NCBI GenBank assembly: GCA_030141605.1
Contig: JAQGDQ010000732.1
Coordinates: forward strand, 1-64,000
Direction of reading: 5' to 3'
DNA length: 64,000 nucleotides
Origin: Tubiluchus corallicola
Lineage: Eukaryota; Animalia; Priapulida
The position numbers were made by a program, and so were the translations under genes. Below, in pieces: positions 51,882 to 64,000 of the stretch (the stretch's first letter is position 1; each line of letters starts with the position of its first letter). A model generated the notes under the pieces. The model was not told where the DNA came from. It did no database searches and saw only the letters and a list, made by a program, of their open reading frames with translations.

Positions 51882-52589
51882 GTTTCAAGGTGAACGATAT
51901 ATGATCATGTTGAAAATCGTGTTTGAATCTAGGCTCCTTTAGTCGTGTTATTGGACTATTGTAAATGCCAAGAAAATTGAAATGCTTGTTATCTGAGAAA
52001 TCAAAATCCACTGACATTAGCTTTGGGTTGCCACGAATATACAGTTCTCGAAGGTATATGACTTTGCTGAATGCCTTTGGATGTATGAAGGAAAGTCTGT
52101 CATTATAAATTATCTCAAGTCGATTAAATTCAGATTCACTGCTGTGGATGCTATCCTTTTGCAGCCTCTCCAAATTTGTGTAACGTATGATTAAACTAAC
52201 AAGCTTATGTCCTAAAAGGAACCCTTCAGGAAGTTTAGAGTCTACATAATATTCAATGTAAAGACTTCGAATTTTTACATCTCGTCGTTGTAATCCTTCT
52301 TGCAACCAAATTTTGGGTAGTAGCCATTTGGTGTAGTTTTTACATATGATGTCTTTATACATGAAGGAAAATCTCACTTCACATTCCTTTGGACCAGTCG
52401 CCATTGTTGCTGCTGGTGACCTCGTCGTTCGTGATACATCACAGGCCACAGTGTCATTTAGACACTCTTCAGTAAAATCACTACGACTAGCATTAAACAC
52501 TTCAACCGGATGATAACAGTCAATTAACGATTGTCTCCAATTGCGTGTTTTTATCCATAAAAGTTGACAGTCACAAATGAGACAATTGC
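51882..52589 (-). CDS. Gene A exon 3: LRRCT-linker-LRR cassette (type A)
   Basis: CTTGTAG|GC acceptor, AAAC|GTAAGT donor, 708 nt, phase 1-1, frame open from GNCLICDCQLLW. Confidence 0.9.
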
Positions 52590-54695
52590 CTACAAGTACA
52601 AAACAAAACTATTTATAAAAAAAATTTGAAAATTTTTCATTTTTGATTTAGTTTTGCAGTTTTTTATAAACTTGTCAAGGCTAATATCATCATTTGAAGT
52701 TGAATAGCTATAGTGGGCACTGACAGGACCACTTCAAATTTTCATCCACATTTTGAGCTACCTTTTTGTTCATTAATAATATTGTATCATTCTAATGAGA
52801 AAGTCTTCTTGAAGCTCGCATCTCCTTTGTCATTATGCATATATTTTAGATTGTTTGAAACTTCGATAGTATTGATTCAATATTTTGAAACGAAACTTTT
52901 GGGAACTATCCTTCTTGCACACTTTTATGAACTTTAGCTGGATATAGAGTAATATTTCCATTATAACTACCTGCCCTATAGTAAACATTTCTTGTATTTG
53001 GAGTTGGTACACATGGTATGATCAATGAGCAACATACACGTTATTGTGACAACAAGCATATTATCTTAAGCAAATCTGTTAATTAAATGGTGTGGACATG
53101 CTAGCATTCTGGACTATCGTCTGGAAAAAGCTTTAAACCAAAGTACAGAGAAACATCATCATCAGAAACGTCTAAACTTTGTTAATTTTCTTTTGCCTAT
53201 TGTGTAGATTAATACAAACAACAGGTACTGGCTGTTACTGACTTTGTAATTTTCCATATTTATTTATACATCTGTGTCTTAATAGCAGTTATGGTACAGA
53301 TAAGAAGCTACTGCAGATATCTCAGCAGTAACAACATATTAATTTTGTAACATTTTATTGTAATTATATGAAGCCAATCTTTATATGCATATGGCTTTCT
53401 TATCATTGTTAGAAACCACACTTGTAAATCAATGACATATCCAATATCCAATTCTTTAAAAAGCTGTGTTAATTACTGAAGTATCTACTCTCAAAAACGT
53501 AACCTTAAAATAGCAAATATGGATATGCATTTCATGCGAATGATAGAGTGATATTTTTCAACAAGTAGACGACATTAATGCAAAACCAACTAACAATTTT
53601 TGAAAATTATTATTTGGTTGCATATTGACACTTCCAGTTGAGAAACTATACTGTGACAGAATCGCCTGTATTCAGCTGTAGTTACATGCTGATTGACAAT
53701 GTAAATGTTGAAGCATGCTTCATTCGGTTGTTAACTAATTCTGTTCTGGGTTAGCAGATAACTTTTCTTCCAAGCAACCATTACCATTGAGGAATGTACG
53801 ACTCCACTAAGTCTCATTTTTGATTTATTGGTTTTTAATTTTAACAAAAACAACAATTGCATGATGTAACCGATTTGGCCATTTTACACATGCTTTTAAA
53901 CATCATTGGCATATTTTCGTCTTACAATCAGCAGTAAAATTACCAATTTGAAAAGCGTGCTTTTCACCAAAGCAGGCATGTTAAAAGTGCCTTATTTTTT
54001 GCTATAATATTGTACTTATAGTGACTGTTGTTTTATATGCTTGTTTGTGACTGAAAGAAATGCACATTCTTAAATATCTGCAGAAGCATGACTCTCTCTT
54101 GTGAAAAGCACAGTTAAACACTGGGGTGGTTGCACGCAAACAAGAAAGCTTTAAATAAATAAAATGACTTTCCCGTACGTTTTAGACAGCAGAAATATGA
54201 TATATTTACGAAAAGCCACTGGCACAAGCGGCTAATGACTTTTCTGAAAACTGATTCTATTGTATCTTGCCACTTGCATTTGGGTAATTATACTGTGAAG
54301 AAGCGATTCTATTCAGCGATTTATATGACAATGCTGAGAGGTGCACAGTCTTGCTGTACTGAGTTTCTATTGGACGCTGCAAATTTGAGAAAGACAAATA
54401 GGCTGCACCGGAAACACATTTCTTTATTTATTTTTTATTAATTTCCACGTATAAATAAATTATATCTTTATAATTTGTTTTCAGGAATTTATATCATAAG
54501 ACCTTATAAGCTGATACTACTTTCTGCTGATAAACTATTACGAGTTTGGTAATATAAGGAACGTGACATCACTATCACCTGTTCAAAAATTTGTTTGTTG
54601 ATGCAAAATTGCTAGGCCTGGATAGCGCAGGCCAAAAGCAAACTACTGAGAATGTTATTAAATTGGCTAGCAATCCTCCACTTTAACATACTTAC

Positions 54696-55409
54696 GTTCC
54701 AAGGTGAACGATATATGATCATGTTGAAAATCATACTTGAATCTAGGCTCCTTTAGTCGTGTTATGGGACTATCGTAAATGCCAAGAAAATTGAAATGCT
54801 TGTTATTTGAGAAATCAAAATCAACTGACGTTAGCTTTGCATTGCCTCGAATATACAGATCTCTAAGGTATATCACTTTGCGGAATGCCCTCGAATGTAT
54901 GGAGGCAAGCCTGGCATTATGAATTATTTCCAGTCGATTAAATTCAGATTCTCTGCTATGGATGCTATCCTTTTGCAGTCTCTCCAAATTTGTATACCGT
55001 ATGATTAAACTAATAAGCTTATGCCCTAAAAGAAACCCTTCAGGAAGTTCAGAGTCTACATAATTATCGATGTAAAGACTTCGAGTTTTTACATCTCGTT
55101 GTTGCAATCCTTCTTGAGACCAAATTTTGGGTAGTAACCATTTAGTGTAGTTTTTACATATAATATCTTTATACTTGACAGCAAATCTCACTTCACACGC
55201 TCCTGGACTCGTAGAAAATGTTGTCGCCATTGATGTAGGTGGCGGCGTTCGTGATACAGCACAAACTACAGCGTCGTTTACGCATTCTTCGGTAAAATCA
55301 CTGCGACTAGCATTAAATACTTTAAAGGGATGATAACAATCAATTACTGATTGTCTCCAGTTGTGTGTCTTTATCCACAAAAGTTGACAGTCACAAATTA
55401 AACAATTGC
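54696..55409 (-). CDS. Gene A exon 2: LRRCT-linker-LRR cassette (type A)
   Basis: CTTGCAG|GC acceptor, GAAC|GTAAGT donor, 714 nt, phase 1-1. Confidence 0.9.
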
Positions 55410-56883
55410 CTGCAAGTATAAAAGAAAACTATTCATTGTGAAAAATTTGAAGAATTTTCATTGATGATTTGATTTTATGAAATTGTCAAGGCTGATTTCA
55501 AGGTTGAATAGCTATAGCCTGCACTGACACTGAGGTTTCCATCTCCACTCCAGTTTTCCATCCACAGAATAAGCTACTTTTTTCTGTGCACTAGTAATAT
55601 TGTGTCATTCCAATAAGAAAGACTACTTGAAGCTCGCGTCATCTTTTTTGTCATTATGTATTGATTTTAGATGAGTTTGAATTGTTGTAAGTATTGATTC
55701 AATATTTTGAAATGAAACTTTTGGGAACTATCCTTCTTGCACATATTAATCCATTTTTGCTGGACATACTGTAATATTTCGTTATAAATGTCATACTGCA
55801 GCACAAATTTCTTATGTTGGGAGTTGGTGGCTTGTGACATGGCTATCTAGTGATTCAAAGTATTGTAAAAACTTACAATAACTTTTACAATTCCAGACAT
55901 TTTTTGATACACGTGCATTTTTACCTGTAATTGTAAGGCATGACCAGTTGCAAGCAGCATACACATTATTGTGGCAACAAGCACATTATCTTAAGCAAAG
56001 CTGTTAATTAAATAATGATGCGGACATTCTAGTATTTAGAACTGTGTTTAGAAAAGATACATCATCACCAGAAACTTCGTAAACTTTGTTAAATTATTTT
56101 TGCCTAATGCGTAGTTTATTACAAACAACAGGTGCTGGCTGTTACTGATTTCACAATTTTTCATTTTATTTATATATCTGTGTCTAAAACGCAACTATGG
56201 TACCGATTGAAAGCTGCTGCAATCATTTAGAGCAGCAACGATATAATATTTTTTTAAAAATTTATTTTAATTACATGAAGCCAAATTGTATATGCATATG
56301 CCTTTCTTGGGATTGAAAGAAATCACTTATCTACATGCCATTACATGTCCATCTCCCTGAAAAGCAGCATTAGGCACTGAAGTAGCCACTCTCAAAAAAG
56401 TAGCCTTGGAATTGAAAATATGTATTGACTTTGACATACATTTTACAGATTTGACAAAATTATATCGGTCAACTTTAATGCATTCATTTCTGTTTTTGAG
56501 AATTCTTATTTGGTTGCACTTTGCTACTTCCATTTGAGTAATTATTCTGTGAGAGAATCGTCTCAATTCAGGAGAATTAAAGACTGTTGCACATCACAAA
56601 TTCTTTTGGTGACGAGTTTTTATGAAAACTTCGAAATATAAGCAAAGTTAAGAGGTGGCATGCGTTGTTAAATTATTTTGTTTACTAAGCTTTTAATAAT
56701 CTTTGCATATAGACAACTTATACATTAATTTTTGTTTGATCTGTAGTCTTTTTTTCACGCTAATTTTTGCGAGGTTTACGAAAAGTATAATATTAATAAA
56801 GCATTTTCAAAAACTACTTGTTTACACCAAATATTTGCAAAGAGAAATAAATTTGAAGTGGGAGAACAATATATCTTACTGAC

Positions 56884-57460
56884 CTGTCAAAGTAAACGAT
56901 ATATGATCATTTTGAAAATCGTATTTGAATCTAGGCTTCTTTAGTCGTGTTATTGAGCTATCGTAAATGCCAAGGAAATTGAAATGCTTGTTATTTGAGA
57001 AATCAAAATCCAGTGAAATTAGTTTTGCGTTGCCGCGAAGATGCAGCTCACGAAGATATAGAATTTCACTGAATGCCTTTGGATGTATGAAGAGAAGCTT
57101 ATCATTATCAGTTATTTCCAGTCGATTAAACTCAGTTTCAGTGCTGTAGATACAATTTTCTCCAAGGGAACTCAAACTTGTACGCCGAACAATTAAATCA
57201 AGAAGCTTACGTCCAAAAAGAAACCCTTCAGGAAGTTCAGAGTCTATATAATAATCAATGAATAGACTTCGAATTTTTACATCTCGTTGCTGTAAACCTT
57301 CTTGCAACCAAATTTTGGGTAGTTCCACTTTAGTGTAGTTTTTACATGCTACATCTTTATACTTGGCAGCAAATCTCACTTCACATTCTGAAAGCATCTG
57401 GACGCAAGGATTATATAATACAATCAAAAGACATACCACGGCAAAAATAATCAGAAACAT
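56884..57460 (-). CDS. Gene A exon 1: signal peptide plus LRRNT and ~5 LRRs
   Basis: ATG at 57460, leader MFLIIFAVVCLLIVLYNPC, LRRs (IHPKAFSEILYLRELHLRGN), phase-1 donor ACAG|GTCAGT at 56884/56883. Confidence 0.9.
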
Positions 57461-60400
57461 TATCACTACAGAAGCTTTTAAAACGACGGCTCTTCTGCAC
57501 TTAATATGAGTTAACTGAATGCCGAAACCGGATTAGTTTAGAGTACGTAAGAGTGCGGCTTTATGAAGCTATGCACACCTTCTCAAGGTGATTCTGAGAT
57601 GGCGGACACATCCCTCGCTAGCCTCAACAGCTTACAGCCTAGCTCAGAAAGCGAATCAAATTCGTTTTCCAAAATACCCAATAGAGCTTTCAAGCATTTC
57701 AATACATTGTTGATTAGAATGCCTCTTGTCACAATGATTCCACACTAAGAATAACACAACCCACAAAACACGCAGATCAGAACACACACAAAAAGAATTT
57801 GTTCTAAAATGTATTATTATTACTTATATACGCCTACGTATAGCAAATCGACATAAAATTTGTTGAAATTAGCAAGCTGTAGGCATGTAGCCACATTTTG
57901 CAGATCACAAATGAGATTGTATCACGTTCTAAGAGCTGTAAACATGCACGCTAGTTACCCTAATTTTCCTCAAATTTGTATGCCAGGTTTTGCCGTCAAC
58001 CACAAGGATCCAGAACAAATCTTCCTGCTCACCATAAATGTTGGGGTTCTCCAACATGTATTGTTTTTCCTAAAGTGAGGATCTGGTACTGCAAAAGTAA
58101 ATGTCCTTCTTCATCATTGTAATACGACTGTTGTGTGAGTTACTGTTTGTGCAGTTATTAAAAGTAGTTTTGACGGTTTCTTAAGACTTCTTATAGCTGA
58201 TTTAGCTATAAGCTAATTGTATTGTCCAGTGACTCCCTACCTTCTATGAAATAAAGGCTGTAGCGAAGTGTGCATAGTTCTAAGTTGGTTGCAGGAAATC
58301 TGGCTGGAACTGAGCCATAGGCTTGCTAAAATGCTGCATGCAGTAGTTTTTCTCTCAAATTTCTGTGTTAAAATAAACCTCTTCATTATGTGAAAAGGTA
58401 TTTCGCATAATGAAAAACGAAAAACATAAGGTTATTTGACATGATTTTCTGAGATTTCAAATGCAAGCATAAAGAGATCATGTTTAACACTGCCGCAGTT
58501 GTGAGCTATCATCTGTTGATCTGTGTGAATGCTTGTCTGCATAGATGCCAGATAGTCTACAATGCAACAACGTAAACATTGTTACTATAATACTGAACTA
58601 CAAAACTTCTAGAAAATCATTTTTGCAAATAACGCTGCTACGCAAGAGCAACTTCACAACTAAGTTTTTTAATCATAACTTGCACCTAATACTATTACGT
58701 TGAGAAAATATGACTGACAAACGTGTGTTTAATCTATTACATTTACAAACGTCCCATCTCATTGCCAAAAATTATAATAAGCGAGAGTTTGAAGATCTGG
58801 GAACATCAATGGCACTTGATGTTCTAGATTGGAACACTAGCAAAGAAAATTTAGCACTGAAACTGAATTTAATCGACTGGAAATAACTGATAATGATAAA
58901 CTTCTCTTCATACATCCCAGGGCATTCAGTGAAATTTTGTATATGAACCAAGTTCATTGTTTCGGGGCCCAACGTGCACAAAATATCGTGATAGTCAGGG
59001 GTAAATTTGTTACCAAAAAGTTGAAGTGGCAGTTGAACCAACGCGTAGCCTACGCGCTTTTTAACAAAACTATAAAGGATGCTACTAGGGAGCGCAAAGT
59101 TAAGTAGCGTTTATATGACATGCGGATGTGTGTGCGTTTTGAATGGTGCGAAATAGATAAAATCGATTTATATTGTTTACAATGCACCCGTTTTTGCAGC
59201 CTATCTATGCGTTATTTTTTTCAGCTAATCCTATTTGATTTTTCCACAGGTCCAAAACGCATTTGCATCAGCATGCAACCTAAATGCCACTTCAATAAGT
59301 TCAATAAGTAGATCGTTCACATTTCATTCTTGGACATGGTCACGTGTACCCCAATTTAACGATTTCATTAACATGAATGTGTTTTAGTAGAAAAATAGTT
59401 TCTTGCTAGTTGGAAGTCATTTAATTTGGACAAAACTGTACATTGCCTGTTGTTTCCTAGTTTTCATCTATCTTCTTTGATTGAACCCATGTATTTGGTA
59501 TTTGCAACATTTCCAGGGTTGATCTCGACTCTAGAAATGCTATATTCTTTAGTTTTCTTGTAGACGACTTTGAGATTCCTTTTTTCTAGTTTTTAGAGCA
59601 GTTTTAATGTGTGCGGAATTTTCAAATTCTAATCCATCCATGTCGTGGGCGTGTTGTTGGGCTATTAGAAATGGCTGATAGGAATCCGATGCAGGAGCAG
59701 CATGACCAACCAGATATCAACAAAAAACATTAGTGTTTAAAGATGCATTAGTGTTGTTTGCTATAGAACTTTCAGTATTTCAGAAAAATTGACTGCAAAA
59801 CCATCCAACGACATTTTTTAATTGTGCGTACTTTTTAAAAAGCATTTACATCAACAAAAAACACTAATTTTTAAAGATATTTGTGTTTTTTCAGAAGAAA
59901 TTTGAAATTATATTCAGTAAAGATTAAAGAGCCAATTAAAAACGCAAACCGACGAACCGAAAATATAATGAATTCTGTTCCTACCTTTATATTTTAGCGT
60001 AAATAATTTAATATTAACAATACCGTAATAAACGTGACGAGAATGAAGTCGGCTAGCCTGTTATTGTTCTAGTTGAACACAGACCGCATAATAAGTATGT
60101 TTGAGACCTCACAAGATACTAGATCTCTTCAAAATTTCACCCACGGTTTTATTCTAGGTCGCGTGGCAAAGATGTTTACTCACATATTTCTGATTAGGTC
60201 TACAAATAGTTCAGTTTAAACAAGTCCCTATTGTTCAAACTATGGCGCGAGCCACTGCTGTTTGTATACTGCAGTACGTAAAATAAAGGTTGGACATAAA
60301 AAGTAAGCCCTTTTGAAATATTCATTAGAACTAGTTCTATTCGCTTCGAAATGTAAACACAAGTTTTATAGACAATACCTACTTTAAGCAATACAAAATT

Positions 60401-60534
60401 TGGATATTTGGACAAAAAACAACCATTAAGTTAGATAGTTAAACCAAGTGAATAAATTTAAAGCGGATTACGTAGCTTTAATTAATTAATTAATGAACGA
60501 ATTGGAAAAAATATTGATGTTGACTTGACGTTCA

Positions 60535-60705
60535 AGAACTCACACTGGAGAGAAAATTCCAAGTGCAGTCGGTGTGATGCTGAATTTGCTCAGCGAGGCC
60601 ATTTCAAAAGATATTTAAGAACTCACAATAAAAAAAATCATCCAAGTTTGCTGTGATGCTGTGTTTAGTCAGACACACATCTTGAAAAGACATTTAAGAT
60701 CTCCC
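60535..60705 (+). pseudogene. C2H2 zinc-finger pseudogene fragment (~2.5 fingers)
   Basis: Translates RTHTGEK, frameshift, KCSRCDAEFAQRGHFKRYLRTH..CDAVFSQTHILKRHLRS. HTGEK linker present; metal ligands mutated; no long ORF. Confidence 0.75.
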
Positions 60706-60740
60706 AACAAGTGCTTGGTGAATCTTCTATTTATCGACTA

Positions 60741-60950
60741 GCTTAGTCTGGTGTACACTTGCACGATCATGCGCACTAATTTATTGATGGCCTCTTGCTG
60801 CTGCAGGTGAAGAGAACAGTCTACCGCTTAGAGTTCCGTAAAAAAACCAACCGCTCAGCTAAAGACAAATTAACGTGGTCTCACCTTTCAATAGAAAGTT
60901 CTCCTTAAAAACAGTGTTGACTTGAGGCCGTAGTGTATCAGAGTGTGTCA
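60741..60950. repeat. Inverted copy of the dispersed repeat at 13855-14065
   Basis: Reverse-complement similarity over ~200 bp. Confidence 0.7.
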
Positions 60951-62779
60951 AGTGCATTTCATATAATATTATAATTTTCCATGAAATCACATTGTGTGAG
61001 GAGCATAAATGTGCAAAAATTGTCAAATAAAAGGAAATCGTTGCTTTGTGAGAGCAGTTTTATATGCAAAACAACAAATTCAACACAATTTAAACACAAC
61101 AATCACATCACTATCAAGCAATGCAATGCAGCAGCATTTATACGCACAACCCACTTTAATTTAAATTGTTTCCTTTAATTTTTCATAAGTCCTATAATCA
61201 AAAATATCAAACACCGTAATACTAGGTATAATGAATATTATGTCAATTATTGCAGAACCAAATTTTCTAAACATTTTATTTCTTTTGTAGGTCGTAATGT
61301 TTAGAATTCTATTTCTTGTAATATCAGAAGAGTATCAAGCCTACCCAGATTTAAGAAGGAGGTGTTTCTCTTAAATATATATTAGGTGGATTTGGTCTTT
61401 AACGTTTCTTGCCATATTGTGTTCATCACGCTGGTTGCTACTCACTGTCCGTCCCTGTATACATAAATGACTGTCATGGTACAGAAATTTCATTCCATTT
61501 TCGTCATTATCACCTCATCGTTTTTTTAATTTTTTGTAATTTTTAGCTTTCTTTCTTCTCTTGTACTTATATTACTTACTTAAACCCTAATTTTACCTTC
61601 ATTTTGTCTTCTCTTTCCATTGCTTGCTCACCTCTTTTATCCTAGCCCTAACATGTACAACACACAATACATTGCAGTTTCAGCATTTCCTCAGTCAGTA
61701 ACAAAAAGCTCTCACAGGAAAAGTGATTAGGTAATCACAATTGGCACAGGAGAATTCGTGCAGGAGAAAACCCTTTTGTATGTAGTTATTGTAATACTGT
61801 ACTGCAGGTTTAGATGTGCGTCCTTGAAGAGAGATGCAGGAAAAATGACGCCATTTTGTTGGGCAGGTTTCAGCTTTCTGCTAATCAGTGCTTATGCGTG
61901 CATGCGATATTTTTGCAATAATAATTTTTTATTACATATACTCAGTGTAGTGAATTTTTTTCAAATCGTATAAAAAAGCAACAACAACGTGTTTTGACAT
62001 GTAATGGCATCCTACATTTTCATTTCAATGTAATAATATTGTTATTGATCTTTTATTAATTTTCTAAACTGCATTCAGAATATGCATGCTAGTCCGGCGT
62101 ACATGCACTTTGTTTCGCGAGCTGACCGCCAGTTAGCGGGGCCGTCACCTTTGCTTACATCAGTGTAACCATAGCGATAACCGCAGCATGTAACGATAAT
62201 CCGGTAAATATAATAATTTCTGTTTTTCTAACAATGGTATTTTATACACAAAACAACTTCCCTGAATAACTTAAAAACTGAATTGAAGAAAAGGACAGTT
62301 AGTGACAGACAATTTTGTTTCAAACAATTTCGAGTAAACAATTTTTTTAGTTTTATTTTATTTTAGCAGCCTTACATTTGGTGAAAAAAATAATTTGCAG
62401 TTGGCATACTTTTAATTTATAGAATAATATAATTTTGTAGTTTTATTTCAAATAGCAAATGATAATGGCTTGACGAAACGTCTATATATAAAAAGTGATT
62501 GATACATCATGTTCCACAATCGTAGAATAATTCAATTTCCATTCGTCTTAAATGCAAAATCTGATAATTTTTAATTAGCTGGTTAATTAATTATATTAGT
62601 AACAATTCTGAGAGGGTACCCTTTCACCACTAATCAGTAATTACTTTTGCACTTTGCAATAACTTAAAATGATGTTAAACTAAATAAACTTACTCCACTT
62701 TGGATTTTTTTAAAAGTACTCATTAAAGGTACAGCTATTAAATTTCACTGTTATTCTTTACTTAGTTAAGCTATGTTAA

Positions 62780-63210
62780 TGCTACAACATAGGCCTATAC
62801 ATATTATATCTTGTAGGCCTATCATTGAAATAAAAAATTAGCATGATAAGTATTACAAATCATTTTTAATAACACAAAGTACAATGGAGTCATATTATAA
62901 CACACAGTTTAGAAGAATATACAATTTTTTTTAATAACACAAATATTATATTCGCGTAGTACAATGCAGCAATATTATAAACATAGGCCTACACACATTA
63001 AATCATGTATCTTTTAAATAAAAAATAAGTAGAGTAAGTTATTCATTCATGTGTTTCTTCACTTCGAATAATACGAAATTATTTTAATAACACAAATACT
63101 ATATACACGTGTAATACTGTGCAGTTATATGCACGTATAGTGTACTATGCACTAATATTGTAACATAAGCTATACACATTAAATCATGTATCTTTGAAAT
63201 AAAAAATATC
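62780..63210. repeat. Degenerate AT-rich tandem triplication (~180-190 bp period)
   Basis: AACATAGGCCTA(T/C)ACA(T/C)ATTA..AAATAAAAA recurs near 62787, 62981 and 63162. Confidence 0.5.
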
Positions 63211-64000
63211 CTTGATGAATTATTGGCACACAGTAAAACTCGTAACACAATAATTCACAATCGATATAGTAGGCCTAGAACACAAGCTTAATTAACATTG
63301 GGTCATTTTTGAAACACCTTTCACTGTCAACCATACCTGTCTTAGTAACCAATACCAAATATTTATCAACTAAGAGACGTCATTTACAACAGCAAGTTTT
63401 TACAAAACAAAAATCGTAATTTTACTTTAAATTATGTAATTGTAGTTTTTCGGCTTATTATTTTTTCAACTAAAGCAGAGCCTCCTAGCAGCGGTAAACA
63501 AAAATAAAAAACGGAGTGCATAAATATGGGGTGGTTTTCTTAACTAATACAGTAACTAGAACAGTACTTAATTTGTAATCATTTAGTTATGTCTGTGTTG
63601 CTACAGTAGCAGAAAAAATTACAGGTTTTATATTATTTTGAAGGGTGTGGCCCTGAAGAAGTTAATTATTAAGCAACTTATTATCATAATTAGTTACGTT
63701 GTCAAACGAGGAGCCGGGGGAGGCACTACAATGTCCTCTTCCACAGGAGATCTTGTTAGAATGTATTGCCTCCGCCCGACCCCCAGCACCAAGTTGTCCT
63801 TTCCACCACAAATGAAAAGTTTGGACATCTACGTCTGAAAAACAAACGTTCATTGGTGTCAACAAAACAGTGTTAACCTAACCAACTGCAGTCTCCCCAG
63901 AACCTGCTAAATGTACAACATAAAAAACATGAAGCTTTGCACTTTCAATATACAAATTGTCAAAATTTACAGCTCTATACAAGATTTACGTAAAATTTTG

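Noticed and set aside
37997-57460. Reading the LRR ORFs as ten separate genes, or calling them Toll/VLR orthologs
   Set aside because: Only exon 1 has a signal peptide; the others start at splice acceptors within LRRCT. There is no TIR domain, and the likeness to VLR/GPIb-alpha is architectural only.

Overview
AT-rich animal (probably invertebrate) genomic DNA with GT-AG introns and transposon debris; it is not prokaryotic. The window holds a tandem cluster of three paralogous minus-strand genes for signal-peptide, leucine-rich-repeat (LRR) cell-surface proteins. Gene C: first exon only (2121-2748); the rest probably lies left of the window. Gene B (14247-19554, 5 exons, ~558 aa): signal peptide, LRR, LRRCT, short Ser/Thr stalk, Fasciclin-3-like Ig, TM, tail. 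Gene A (27473-57460): signal-peptide/LRR exon, nine tandem symmetric phase-1 exons each encoding [LRRCT-linker-LRRNT-LRRs], an ~8.2-8.5 kb mucin-like exon (Met/N-sequon repeats, poly-Asp, a hydrophobic segment, 522/543-bp units), a TM exon with a GC donor, and a tail with five 26-aa Ser/Pro repeats. A frameshift near 29335 cuts the giant exon off from the TM exon. The candidate novel system is gene A's recombining, splice-compatible LRR exon array, which varies at predicted ligand-contact positions and may encode a diversifiable immune, allorecognition or adhesion receptor. Intergenic DNA has an intact hAT MITE, other DNA-transposon remnants, a LINE RT fragment, a C2H2 zinc-finger pseudogene fragment, a possible decayed MFS transporter gene and several minisatellites. 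All exon models were read by eye from splice consensus and reading frame, with no transcript evidence.
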